Source of the DNA: Enoplolaimus lenunculus
Taxonomy: Eukaryota
Length of the DNA stretch: 64,000 nt
Reading direction: 5' to 3'
NCBI GenBank assembly: GCA_030248215.1
Contig: JASANG010003711.1
Location: forward strand, 186,001-250,000
In this document: positions 52,219-64,000 of the stretch, in pieces
Numbering within the stretch: the stretch's first letter is position 1
Layout of the letters: every line of letters begins with the position of its first letter
The notes under the pieces: generated by a model
What the model was told of the DNA's origin: nothing
The model's database searches: none
Seen by the model: the letters and a program-made list of their open reading frames with translations, nothing else
Translations under genes and position numbers: made by a program

Positions 52219-54313
52219 ATAGTAAACCAAATCCTTCATTGCGCATTGAAGTTGCCCAAAAAAGAAATTTTTTCATTTTTATTTCATATTAATGAACGAT
52301 TGCAGCATATTTGTTATCAAAAATTGCGGATTTATACTTGATTTTAGGAATAATTTGGAGCATAAAATCAATGAAACTGAATGCTAATGATAGATAATTA
52401 ATAACACTGCTACAAACAACTGGACTCAAACTGCAGTATATCATGCAGTCATAAAACCAGAGCTAACAACGTATGAACTGTAAACGCATTTAAAATCCTT
52501 GGCAACTGAACTAAACAGCTGCGATTTTATCAAACCAAAAATATCAGTGGTCGCTGTAGACTGCTTTTAAAGAGTAAACGCCCCATCTCGAAGTGTATAT
52601 ATATGATATTGCATATTTATTTTGATAATATCTGGTTGATGTTTTGTAAATGAAATTCCGGATTCTCACATAGTTTTATCACAGTGAAGAATATTTGGTA
52701 GTTATCTTTACATAAAAATAGCTAAACGGTGCTCGGACGAGTAGGCTGAATACTGGCTTACAATGAAGCTTGATAGTATAAGTTATCACCGGGGTTTTAT
52801 AAAAGTTGTAAACTTGTTGTACTTTCATTTTGGTAAAAATCTATTAATTTTTAACTGCTACCGTTTCGATTGAAAATTGACTTCCGAATGCGGTTCTGGT
52901 AAAATTATTGCCGAAAGCTCGGTAGCATTTTTTTAATTGTTCAGAAATTATGTTCGTCACGGATTTTGTTTGTGAATAATTTTTTATTGCGTAATTGCCG
53001 AGATTTGCCAAAAAAGATCTTAAAATGGTATTTTTGACCACATATGAGACATGCATGGTACGGCAGGAAGTCGAAAAAACTTGTTTGCTTACGGCTCCTG
53101 TTCTTGTTTTTCACCTCCGATACACCTAGATCATATCGTCCATCAGATTTCGGTTCGTGAATGACGGTAAAATTTGTAAAGTGGCAAAATAGACTCAAAT
53201 TTGAAAATTACTTCAGATGGACTCGAATAACCAGGAAACCAGGACAGATGGGACCTGGGGGTCGGACAGCAGGGCAGCTACGATAGCAGGACAATGGGAA
53301 CAGCAGGGAATGTGCACTGCAAAAGTTTTGAGTTAAATTGACTCTTTCCGACACAAACTCAACGGGACTATACACAAACTGAGTCAAATTCGACTCCGCC
53401 AGAGTCAACTTCGATTCACTGAGTCGCATGCGTGACTGGCGGTGTCCAATTTGACTCAGTTTCTATTGTCCCGTAGAGCCTATTTCGGAGAGAGCATCAG
53501 AATTTTGATATGCTTAAACCAGACATGCATTTTTATACGTAGAAACTGACGAACCAAATTTGTCTTTGTGTAGCTCAGGCCCGTAGCCAGCTCACCATGC
53601 TAGGGGGGGCTAAAAATGTTTTAAGAGGTGCATTCAAGTGTATTTAATGACTTGCATGCAAAGTTGGAAATTTTTTCGCTGGTGCCCCCCAGATAGACTT
53701 TGCCGAAAAGTAAAACAATCTTGAACTGCAATTATAGGGGCACCCAAAATTATTCAGTGCCACCATATATAATTTTCTGCTGACGACGCTAAGGAAGGTT
53801 TAAGCTTAAGATAAGTTTTTGCGTTAAGTTTAGGTTAGGCTTAGGTTTAAGCTTTTAGAAACATGATTATCCTTACCATAAGATTTCAACTTAGGGTTAG
53901 ACTTGTGAATATGCCTATATACTGTTATGGTCCTCTTCTATATGTTGGTCGTATAACTGAATAGAAATAAATCAAACCCTATCGTTTGTTACGGTTAATA
54001 CCGTAGCTAGGTGTAATTTCAGTGTCGATTTTCGTCATATGTTGTGAAGGATTGAGTGCATATTATTTTTAGTTGTAGTGTATAGGTTAATATAAAATGC
54101 GTATCATTTCGTTACTCTGTGATACTTGCACCCTGAAAATGTTTCTACCTATTTCGTGATGTAATTGGTTCTAGTGTCCAGTACCCAACATCCATCTATT
54201 TAATTCAGAATAAATTTTTTAAAAATTTCTCAGTGTGCCAAAACGGAAATTACCTTAGATCGAGCCTCAAGTTTAATTTCGAAAAGTTGTACTTGCTTTA
54301 GTTTTGTATTGTG

Positions 54314-54422
54314 ATGATGAACACCACTCCAAGGAACTCAACGTATACAGCGAGTATTGAACAAGATTTGAACATGTTCAGTGTATTTGTTATCCAGTGC
54401 ATGTTGAAAGTAATTGCGAAAG
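54314..54422 (+). CDS. EIF2B2: eIF2B beta subunit, coding exon 1 (start uncertain)
   Basis: ORF ...FSVFVIQCMLKVIAKG with phase-1 donor AG|GTAATT that joins to SWTN of the next exon. Confidence 0.6.
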
Positions 54423-54556
54423 GTAATTTTCCCGATACGTATAACGACGTTTTGCATTCAATAATTTTGATGACTTTTGATAGGTATATATTATAAATAT
54501 TTATCTTGGATTTTAGTTCGTAGGTAGGTAGTATGCTAGGTACATATCGTATAGGT

Positions 54557-55073
54557 TATCGGTATATGTGCACGCAAGTGTATGTAAAGCAAATGTTGCC
54601 ATGCCTGTGCACATATGCCGGTATAAGAAGTTGTTGCAATGGCCGCCTGGTGTAGTGGTAGCATGTTGGTTCGAGCGCAAGAGGGCCGAGGTTCGATTCC
54701 CGGCGTAGTCATTAACTTTCTGCAAAAACTTCAAACAGGGGTCGTGCAGACCGTATAGTACCAACATGGAGGTCCCACCGAGACGGGCAGTGCAAACAGC
54801 AAGCCCATGAAGTCGGGTAGTTAGATTCACGGTCCGGGACGACCGCCTGTAAAAAAGAGGGATATCGGTATATGTGCACGCAAGTGTATGTAAAGCAGAT
54901 GTTTCCATGCCTGTGCACATATGCCGGTATAAGAAGTTGTTGCAATGGCCGCGTGGTGTAGTGGTAGCATGTTGGTTCGAGCGCAAGAGGGCCGAGGTTC
55001 GATTCCCGGCGTAGTCATTAACTTTCTGCAAAAACTTCAAACAGGGGTCGTGCACACCGTACAGTACCAACAT
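54557..55073 (+). repeat. 306-bp-period 1.7-mer tandem repeat with tRNA-like heads at 54641-54711 and 54947-55017
   Basis: 54557-54767 is nearly identical to 54863-55073. A box TGGTGTAGTGG, B box GGTTCGATTCC. The anticodon arm is unpaired, so this is not a canonical tRNA. Confidence 0.85.
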
Positions 55074-55205
55074 AGGTAATGTCCACATTTTTGATATTTT
55101 TCTTCTTCCTAACTTGATTTCATTCAAATTTGCTCCTCTTCATGCAATTCACTTACTATATTCAAAATTGATTTTGTACATTGCATACAGTGGGTACATG
55201 TTTAG

Positions 55206-55358
55206 GTTCCTGGACCAATGTTTCAACTTTAATAAGGCTGTTACGGTATGAAGCGACCAATTTGGTTTGCGAAAATCAAGACTATGAATCAATCATTGTA
55301 AACGTTACGCGAAGGGTAATGAAACTTGTGCGGGAAGAGCAGCACCGATGTATTACAG
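55206..55358 (+). CDS. EIF2B2: eIF2B beta subunit, exon 2
   Basis: SWTNVSTLIRLLRYEA...ESIIVNVTRRVMKLVREE parallels EIF2B2 WSNAGELMELIRREG...GNMVRRVLKIIREE. TTTAG and AG|GTAAAC splice sites. Confidence 0.9.
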
Positions 55359-56089
55359 GTAAACGTATTTGTAACCTAACATAGTAATTAGTAACATGCT
55401 GCACCAATTTCTTAGTGACGGCACTTGTGCACACTGCAACTACTCAAACAACAGGTTGTAATTGGTAATCACATAATACTGAAGTCGGATACTTGAATAT
55501 TTGGTCGTTGTGAGATTTTAAGTGAATGCAATGATAATTGTTTTAGTAGTAGCTCTGTTTCATCCTAGTGTACTTTATTCTGTCATGTCGAACAAAGGCA
55601 ACCGTGATATATTGGTGTGTTGCTAGTTAAAAACAGCTTGATATAGAGTTATGTTAGGTATATATGTATATAGTTAATCACTTCTTGCTCTTAGTTATAT
55701 GCGCGCAAAATTTCAACGAAAAACTTTCGATATCGATGTTACGCTATATATAGAGCTCTGGTTGAGTAATGCCCCTGGTGCTATCTTCATTTTTATTATA
55801 TATGTTGATCAAATTTATATACTTTCTATTTTTAGGGTACGTACTCGCTAATTAGCATATTAACTGTTCCATTTATTGCATTTCAGCATATCATCAGTTG
55901 TCGATTTCTGTTTAATCGTAATTAAGCATTTCACATTTTGCACAGGCAGACCGTATGTAGCATATTTGCTGGACCAACACTGAACACGGAATCTTTTTCG
56001 GATTTAATTAAATCTGCATTTAAAACAGGTCGTTTCGTCTTTAATAACAAACAATGTGCAGCAGTGATTGCAACATAATCATGCTTCAG

Positions 56090-56391
56090 GTGTTACCGCC
56101 GACGATATTGAAAATCCTCATTTAACTCTTCAAAAAATGCTCAAATTTACTTCGATGTCGGACTCAGAATCGAAGGAACCTTCAAGTCAATCTAAATTTG
56201 ACAGTAGGTTAAGTTCCGAAGTGCCGCAGGGTACATCGTTGGGTGCGGACGTAAATCAACCCAAAAGCAAAGCTACCAAAAGTAGTCGCTTGGAACTTCG
56301 TACTTCTCTGGTTGAATCTGTACGCGAGTGCGTTAGCGAGTTTGAACAAATTGAAGATGAAATTATACAAGCAGCCGCTGACCATATACAG
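56090..56391 (+). CDS. EIF2B2: eIF2B beta subunit, exon 3
   Basis: TLQKML...LRTSLVESVRECVSEFE...IIQAAADHIQ, with TTCAG acceptor and CAG|GTTCG donor. Confidence 0.9.
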
Positions 56392-56728
56392 GTTCGCATA
56401 TTTTTTGGTTTTGTAAATCTCCTTGTTCACATCAGTACTTTATAATACCACTACCAGCACCTAATGTTAATTGGCTTAAGAATATTAAGACAATAAATGG
56501 AAAATTATTATGGAGCACAGGCTCATCGATTGAATTAATCACTAAGTTTATTTTGAACATGCAAATCTACTTCTGAATTGAAAATGTTATATATTTCATT
56601 TTCCTTTGATACTGGACATATGGAGCTTTGTACAGTATTTCTGAATTAGCGTTGGGTTACCGATTTTTGTTGGATGTTCAACCGAAACGAATATAGAGTT
56701 ACGCACGCTAGGTTCTATGCTATTCTAG

Positions 56729-56938
56729 CATGGTGATCGAATCATGACTATGAGTTATTCGCCAATGCTGTGCAAAATATTATCCGGCACGACTCGGCGA
56801 TATGAACTGCTTGTTGCTGATGGTGCACCGTTTAGTGATAGTGCGCGACTTGCTCACGAATTATCTAGTAGGAAAAATGTAGTGCTTACAAAAATTAGCG
56901 ACGCAGAAGTTTTTGCTAGAATGGCTCAAGTATCGAAG
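56729..56938 (+). CDS. EIF2B2: eIF2B beta subunit, exon 4
   Basis: HGDRIMTMSYS...LLVADGAPF...ISDAEVFARMAQVSK, with donor AAG|GTGAG. Confidence 0.9.
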
Positions 56939-57053
56939 GTGAGAATATGTGTTCTGTGCCATTTTTAATTGTTATCCGTTGAAAAGTGGTAGATATAGCC
57001 CGTTTATTGGTACTATAGAACAACTTTACAACGAAGGTAAAAACTTTTGTAAC

Positions 57054-57681
57054 TTACTGAGCGAAGCGAAACTCGGAACGAAGTTCGGAGTTTCGCGAAG
57101 CGTTTTATGCTTTGTACTCTGGTGTCGAAAGGTGGATTTCCGTCCGTCCGTCTGTCTGTCTGTCTGTCCGTCCGAAAGGAATCTCAGAAACGGCTGAACC
57201 GATTTTTAATAAACTTTTTTTGTTTGAAAGCCAATTATCATGGGGTGTTAACCTCGCATTGGGGTTGTAAAATTTTAAGTCGTTTGTTAGCTACAGGCGA
57301 ATTTGCATAATTAACCTAAATTAGGACTTTTTACAATATTTCGCTAATTATTAAGGTTAAAAGGAATCTAATTTTAGCAATAATGGGTTTTTGGGTGCGA
57401 GGAATCTGAATAAATTGTCTACAAACATTCAAAACCTATTATCGAATAGATAGCTAATTTGCGTATTTACTTAATTAATAAGCCTAAATTATGGCTTTTT
57501 AAATTATTTATCAAATTGTTGTTTCTGAAGGGTTTTAGTTGCGAGAAATTTGAATAAATTGTGTACAAACATCCAAAACCAATAAATGAATAATTAGCTA
57601 ATAACTAATTTGCATATTAGCTTAACTGCTTACGTGTGTTCGAGTTTCGCTCAATACATGTAGTCCCACTATGCCTGGTTT
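57054..57681 (+). mobile_element. DINE-1/HINE-like element in eIF2B beta intron 4
   Basis: Same structure as 11527-12144, plus an ATCTCAGAAACGGCTGAACCGATTTT segment that the other copy lacks. Confidence 0.75.
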
Positions 57682-57825
57682 AGAAAAGTTTGATGTAGAT
57701 TTGAAACCCTGATCTCTCGCAGTTTCTAGGGTGTACAGAAGAGGGATAGGAGTATATCCCATACCGATATTTCTGAAAAGAATAATGTATTTTTAATATG
57801 ATTTATTATAACGTATGGATTTTAG

Positions 57826-58195
57826 CAGGGTGCGACCGGATACCAAAAAATGATGGAGTCGGAACCGGATATGCATTCAAACATCGGAACGTAGATAACA
57901 ATTCTTCCTTAAATGTCTAAGTGTATCCAAAGTGTTTACATGACAAAGCTTAACATCTCACGAAGATGTATTTTTAACACTTTAACAACGGCCCTATTCC
58001 ATTATTCTATGTTTTTAGCGTTGGATTCAGGTGCAATATTTGTTTTTGCCCAAGTTACTTTTAGGTAGTTGGCATAAATATAAATAATGGTTTCAATTTT
58101 TCGAAATTTTGTAATAAACATCCGGCAGGTTAAAATACCGGAGGCGGATTGCTACTTTTTGTTGGATCCAAAGCCGTATATGTGGTCGTACCCTG
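57826..58195. mobile_element. hAT-like MITE (CAGGGTG family)
   Basis: CAGGGTGCGACC/GGTCGTACCCTG termini and a perfect TSD GATTTTAG. Confidence 0.85.
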
Positions 58196-58324
58196 GATTT
58201 TAGAGGTCAAGTATATTTCACCTGAAGTTATCTGTTCCCGAATTGAAATCTTGGCGACGCCTCTGCACAACGCATGTGACTTTTAGCTAAATTTAGCTTC
58301 AAACTGCCGCTTGTAATGTTTTAG

Positions 58325-58732
58325 GTTATAATTGACTGTCAATGTGTTTTCAAAGACGGAAGTTGTATCGCGCCTATTGGAGCTCGAAATATTGCGTTGG
58401 CAGCTCGACATTTTATTGTTCCATTTTTGGTCGTCGCTACCTCGTATAAACTGTCGCCTATGATGTGTACACCAGAAGATATAGACCGATATAACGACAT
58501 GGTTTCTCCGCTTTCGCTGTTGCCGTTCGGTTCAGCCCAAGAAGGTGATAACGTTGAATTAGATTTGCGGTCGCCACAGGTGTATTCACCTCGATACGAT
58601 TATATCCCGTGCGATTTGATAAGTTTGTTTGTGACCAATATTGCGACAAGTGCACCTGATTTTGTCTATAAGATACTGCAAGATTTGTATCATCCCGAAG
58701 ATATGGATTTTGTCAGCGCGGATATGGATTAA
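58325..58732 (+). CDS. EIF2B2: eIF2B beta subunit, exon 5 (terminal)
   Basis: VIID...VFKDGS..APIGA..IALAARHF.VPF.V....YKLSP...P.YDYIP.DLISLFVTNI...APDFVYK...DLYHPED is the eIF2B beta C-terminus. Confidence 0.95.
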   Translation, partial: VIIDCQCVFKDGSCIAPIGARNIALAARHFIVPFLVVATSYKLSPMMCTPEDIDRYNDMVSPLSLLPFGSAQEGDNVELDLRSPQVYSPRYDYIPCDLISLFVTNIATSAPDFVYKILQDLYHPEDMDFVSADMD

Positions 58733-59225
58733 TTTGTGACCATTTCGAAATATGGCGCGGTTGGTGATGGTGAGCATTGTGTGTTCCTTTGAGACACATT
58801 GGGGTGCCGGACCGAAAAATGACCTGCTAGGTGGTAAGCTGTATTCGAGATGGGGTTAATTCACGGTCAGCGAACAATATTTTATGAAACGCGTGCAATC
58901 GTCAATATTGCGCACCACTGTGGGTATTGTTAGGTTTTGAATTATTAACTGTTTTGGGCCAAGTTTGCCGCTAACTCTATGGCAGTCTCGTCAGAAATCG
59001 GTACACCTAAACAGCAAAACATCAGTCACTGTTTGAATTGCTTGCTTGCTCGAAAATACTCGTGCGTTCGCGCAAACTTTGTGTGCAGTTTAATATTTCT
59101 GAAAATATTGCGTGTTTTCTGAACTAATTTTCGTGTTATATTGGCGAATGAAAAACCATTTAGCTGATACACAGGCTTTAGAGACAGTATTTTTAATGTA
59201 ATATCACAAAAAATTAACTTTTAAT

Positions 59226-59572
59226 CAGGGCCGGCAAAATCCGACATCCGGTATCCGGTATAAACCTACCGGATACCGGATATTTACTTTTGTGGTTCCA
59301 AATATCGTAACTGTTTTTTGCACGTCAAAATACTAAATATTTTGCAGCGACTGAAATTTCGAGCAATTCATGAATGGATATTGATATTGACATGGAATGA
59401 AAAATCCAAACCAAAAATTAATCTTAAATCCATAAATTCATATTTTTGCACGACTCAAATACTTCCAGCAGTGTAAAAATTTAGATCCTATATCCGGTTA
59501 ACATCCGGTTCCGGTACAAAATTCACTATCCGGTTTCGATATCCAGTAAAATTAATATCCGGTCGATCCCTG
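59226..59572. mobile_element. hAT-like MITE with ATCCGG subrepeats
   Basis: CAGGG/CCCTG ends and TSD CTTTTAAT/TTTTTAAT. A related end lies at ~5725-5797. Confidence 0.7.
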
Positions 59573-62500
59573 TTTTTAATATCTTCGGTTCGTGAAAATT
59601 AAATCAGCTAAGTGTACCCTTCACATAGTTTCAATGAGGTTAACCGTCTTTGGATGGTTTCTTGTTCAATGGTTTCTAATTTTGTAATCTGTATTATCAA
59701 GAGTGCATAATACAAGAGTGTGCAACTCTTGGGGTTTCGAGCGGTACAAAATGTACCAGCCGGCGTTGCGTTTGTGTCCGACCCCTTTTGTTTAGGGGGG
59801 GTCGTTGTCACATGCAATAACCCTGAATGTACCCAGTTGCATACTCTTGTTTAAGTATGCATCATCCACTCTTGGTATTATTAATGAAGTCTTCCATAAA
59901 AGTAAAATTGTGAACAATGTTTTACTTGTATGAACTGAGTGGAATGGAATAACTCTGAAAATGTCCGAAGACATTGGTACAGCCGGAGTTCAAAAATACC
60001 AGAACCTGAGGTTACCGGAGTCGGAGGTGAAGCTCAAGGTGGCGCGAATTATTCAGTTGAATAACGTTCAATTTGTTGATTTTAGCAAATATTTAAATGG
60101 GATCGTCAAAAATATTGGTTTGGTTTTTAACAGTTGCGAGTTTCAGAGTAGTCGTTGCAGAAAATTAAATTTATAAGCAGTTGAGTCCGGCATATGGTTG
60201 ATCCAAACTCACACAATTTTTTAGTTATGGTAAATTTGAATATACTTTCTAAATGCTTTTTATAAGTGGAAAGTTTTTCATAAGAAAAATATTGTTCGTG
60301 AACAATGGTTTATTCGTATGAACTGAGTGAAATAGAATGACTTCGAAAAATCCCGAAAGCCGGGGTTTAATCGAAGGTAAAAAATAATAGAGCTGGATGT
60401 CGAGAAAATTTGCCTGAGCTGGAGTTGGTGCGAAAGTAGGTAGCTTAAACTACATTTAATTTGTTAATTTAGCAAATATTTATAAAGTGTCAGAAATTTT
60501 GGCTTTAGGTTTAAATTGTACAAAATTTGGACAATTTGTTCTCAAAATTGTGCCAAAACTCATGCCAAACGCGCCAAACAATACAGCTTTATGAAACTAA
60601 AAAATTCACTACCGAAATTGCCGGAACCTCCGGTAAGAATTGTACCGGAGCCAGAGGTGAATTTTTGCCAGAGCCAAAGACAGACATTCGGCTGTACCTT
60701 GTCGAAGACCAGTTTTAAGTTTCTGCTCAAAGTACCGGAGCTACGGCGTAATTTGTCTCCCGGGAAGGTTACATTAACGTCATTTATTTCATAAAAACTT
60801 CCAGGATTTTAGTGTACATCTTTTCGCTGTGTTTCTACCTTTTGCTCTGGCATGTGGCAGGGTTTAACCGAATATCCGTTTCCAGTAAAAATCTGTGTCC
60901 GTGTTCGGTATAGATATAATAACGGAAATTCTGTTATATATCGCAATTTTTATGCTGCAATTGTTCAAAATGAAACAAAATTACGAAATTCCCCCAAAAT
61001 CTTAAATATTATACGTCACATTTACAGTAATCCCAGGTTTCTGGCCTACAAACTTCGCTAGTGGTACAGCTGCTGCGCAGTCTGTAGAATATAAAAATTT
61101 ATTAGTTTTGCGTGTTGGTGTAGCAAGTGACAGCGTGGGAAACTCATGTCTCGTTCCCATCATTTTAGGAAATAGTTAGGCAACGACAACCAACAAATTT
61201 CGGAAGAGTACAGTGCAGTTAATGAATTAAATGCTTGAGACGAGTTGTGTCCGTTGACGGGAGGTTGGTTATAAGTGTGTGGAAAGCAGATTAATTACTT
61301 TATATTTTTGAGATATATTTACGAATTGCTAACACCAGGGGCGTCCTCACGGGGAGGCACTGGGGGCCGTGCCCCACCGCCCAAATTTGGCTGGTGCCCT
61401 CCCCAAATTGACTGGGTTTAAAAGTAAACAATCTTGACAGGTTTTGTCACCGCACTCGAGCGATGACTGTTGTATTCGTGCTCGGCAATCGTTATAAAAC
61501 AGTTTTTGGAAGCCTTTATAACATCAAATTCCGAGCTACATTTTATTCACCAAAATTCACTAGATTTTATACAATTATCTGCGTGTATATGCATAGCTGG
61601 CAAAGTTTGTTCGGTCATATTCTAGGAATCAGAAATTTGCTACAACTTGTATGCTGAGTTGTTTAAGAAAAAACGGTTGTTTATGCCCTTTAGCGTAGCA
61701 TTCGTGCAGCCAATAAGTAGTTCTGCTTCGGTAGCTTAAGACCAATGGCACCGTGCTACACACTGCGCCGAGAGTACAACTGCAGTTTCGGTCATTCGTT
61801 GAAACATTACACACAGCTTTGCTTATATCGCACCAAATGCGGCGTTTATTTTCAAGTCCTGTCGGTAAATTTGTTTTTTAACTTTAAGCATACAAGAAAA
61901 CTGCCAAAACGAGCCATTTTTGTAAGCAGCGATACTAAATCAACAATCATTCACGTTAGTACATAGTTGCAGTGCAATTATTCCTGATAGGAAGATTATA
62001 TACCAGTGTGCCGTAATGTGCCCAATAATGCGCCCATTCAAATCCGGTTCAAGATACAAGTTTTTTAAAACCTCACAACAGAAATTGCAAATAAAGGTTT
62101 GATCCGTAACCCTCTGACTACGTACATGGAAGACGCTTTGAGAGCAAATGTTTCGAAATTAAGTGTAAGAACAATCAGTTCAGTTGGAGGAAACGGCGTG
62201 TTTCGCGATGACCGTGTACTTGACGTACTTGACTATCCGCCAAATTATTTGTTATAAATCTTTGTTTAGTGTGGGACGCGGTGTCTGTTGAGGCACTTTA
62301 CTCTCCCTTGTTTTTACTAAATTCCGCCCATGCAAACCCTCCTAAGCTTTTCTGGCCTTGAACTAAATATTTCGATTTATTATTGATTTTAAGTACTTAG
62401 CTAGTGGTGATGACGAAATAGTCAGCACCACGTATTATGTTGTTTGTGTAATTGCATTAATAATCTTTGTTTTCGTGGACGCAAGTGTTATTGGCGCGGC

Positions 62501-63621
62501 ACCTAATTATGCAAATTAGGCGGAGGTAGCCTGGCCTCCATAAATATATTATAATCGTTATATATTTTGAAGTTTATGATTTGCAGCTTCTTTTTCTGCA
62601 ACAAGTTATATGGTACTGGTGTTTTTAAGTTATCGTTAGAGTTTTATGGTTTTTCATGGAATATGGGTTAGCTGATGGGTTCAGCGGATGATAGTGCGGG
62701 TTGAACGTAAATGTCAATTAATCTTGGATCCCGTTTAACCAAGCATTAATCTAGTGGTTTCGCATTTCTCGCGGGTGCTGCGTTTTAGATATCAAGTATT
62801 GTGCGTTTCGCTGCGCGCAGATTACGCCTTTGGGCAATACAGTAATCTACGTAACGTAGCGCGTAAGTAAAATTTCCTCCCCGTGTCGTTGCAAGCGAGT
62901 AAGCAAACACAGTAATAACCGGAGATCGCGACCGTACCCTGCTCAGCACAAAGGTTTTCGGATTGCCTTGGTGTTGTCTCCTCATATCATAGCCGCAATT
63001 TCTGTACACACCCACACATCTACACGTTAAATAAAGCCAAATTTGATATTTAGTAAAATTATTTGCATTGTAATCATTGCACGCTGATTTTGTTGGTTTC
63101 TGATCAGAAGATCGCCGGACAAGTGGCCACTAGGCAGATAGGCCGACGGACAGAATTCCTTCTGGACCATAGGCCGTTTGGGCACAATTACTCGTACCTT
63201 TAAGTGAAACATTCATTGCTCAGATAATGTTGGTTTCCATGATGCACGGACTCAGCCCCTCGTGGAAGAATTTTGCCCCCTCCTGGAAAATTTTTTTGAC
63301 CCCATAGAACTTTCTAATCTTGCTTGTATGTCATCAAAATCCTTGTATGCTCCTGAAAAATTGTAGCCCCTACGGCCTGACGATGCATGTGTTGATACAA
63401 CCAACCAGTACTTATATATTCAAATAGCTCTTCGTGCATTACCGAGTCTTTGTTAGAGAGCCCATGGCGTAAGTCAACGACTGATCAGCATTACTATTTT
63501 TAACAAATAATAACAGTAAACGGATTAAAGCTAAATTAGTGTTTTTTGCCCAGGCGGCCTTTTTTGTCCAGACCGTCTCTTGTTTGGACGGCCTTTTGTC
63601 CAGACGGTTTTTGGTCCGGAC

Positions 63622-64000
63622 GGCGTTTTGTCCCGGCGGGCTTTTATCCTGACGGCGTTTTGTCCAGGCGGGCTTTTATCCTGACGGCGTTTTGTCCAGG
63701 CGGGCTTTTATCCTGACGGCGTTTTGTCCAGGCGGGCTTTTATCCTGACGGCGTTTTGTCCAGGCGGGCTTTTATCCTGACGGCGTTTTGTCCAGGCGGG
63801 CTTTTATCCTGACGGCGTTTTGTCCAGGCGGGCTTTTATCCTGACGGCGTTTTGTCCAGGCGGGCTTTTATCCTGACGGCGTTTTGTCCAGGCGGGCTTT
63901 TATCCTGACGGCGTTTTGTCCCGGCGGGCTTTTATCCTGACGGCGTTTTGTCCCGGCGGGCTTTTATCCTGACGGCGTTTTGTCCAGGCAGTTTTTGTCC
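63622..64000. repeat. 32-bp tandem minisatellite GGCGTTTTGTCCAGGCGGGCTTTTATCCTGAC (~11 copies) running to the window end
   Basis: Near-identical units, each a dimer of a 16-bp subunit. Degenerate monomers precede the array from ~63550. Confidence 0.95.

Noticed and set aside
54735..54855. Hammerhead or HDV-like ribozyme, or SRP RNA, in the structured unit
   Set aside because: No CUGANGA/GAAA core or HDV nested pseudoknot was found by eye. The resemblance to SRP helix 8 is too short to call.
54641..55017. Functional tRNA genes (also 17156-17228)
   Set aside because: The anticodon stems do not pair and the acceptor stems have mismatches.
54513..55127. 204-aa minus-strand ORF with an internal repeat
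   Set aside because: It is a by-product of the 306-bp (multiple of 3) tandem repeat, lying antisense within an intron.
63622..64000. CRISPR array
   Set aside because: The 32-bp units are contiguous with no unique spacers, the context is eukaryotic, and there are no cas genes.

Overview
This is AT-rich eukaryotic (invertebrate-like) genomic DNA, not prokaryotic. Most six-frame ORFs are noise from repeats. Three spliced genes were reconstructed by hand from GT..AG exons with consistent phases. (1) A SWAP70/DEF6-like PH/coiled-coil gene on the - strand, 6 exons, 22659-29486, about 503 aa. (2) A tandem-BTB protein gene on the - strand, about 47698-50777. (3) eIF2B beta subunit on the + strand, 5 exons, 54314-58732, about 393 aa. 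The first ~16.5 kb looks like long introns of a fourth - strand gene that runs off the left edge. A degraded nucleotidyltransferase-like (poly(A)-polymerase-like) pseudogene is tentatively seen at 34.2-38.1 kb. An inverted, frame-intact copy of the last SWAP70-like exon lies at 40.8 kb. Introns and intergenic DNA are full of non-autonomous DNA transposons: hAT-like MITEs with 8-bp TSDs, MITEs with 3-bp ANT TSDs, TTAA piggyBac-like MITEs carrying a tRNA-like Pol III cassette, and DINE-1/Helentron-like elements. There are also minisatellites, degenerate TTAGGC telomere-like tracts, and a 306-bp tRNA-headed, highly structured 1.7-mer repeat. No intact transposase, rRNA, canonical tRNA or CRISPR array was seen. 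All family assignments come from remembered motifs, not from database searches.
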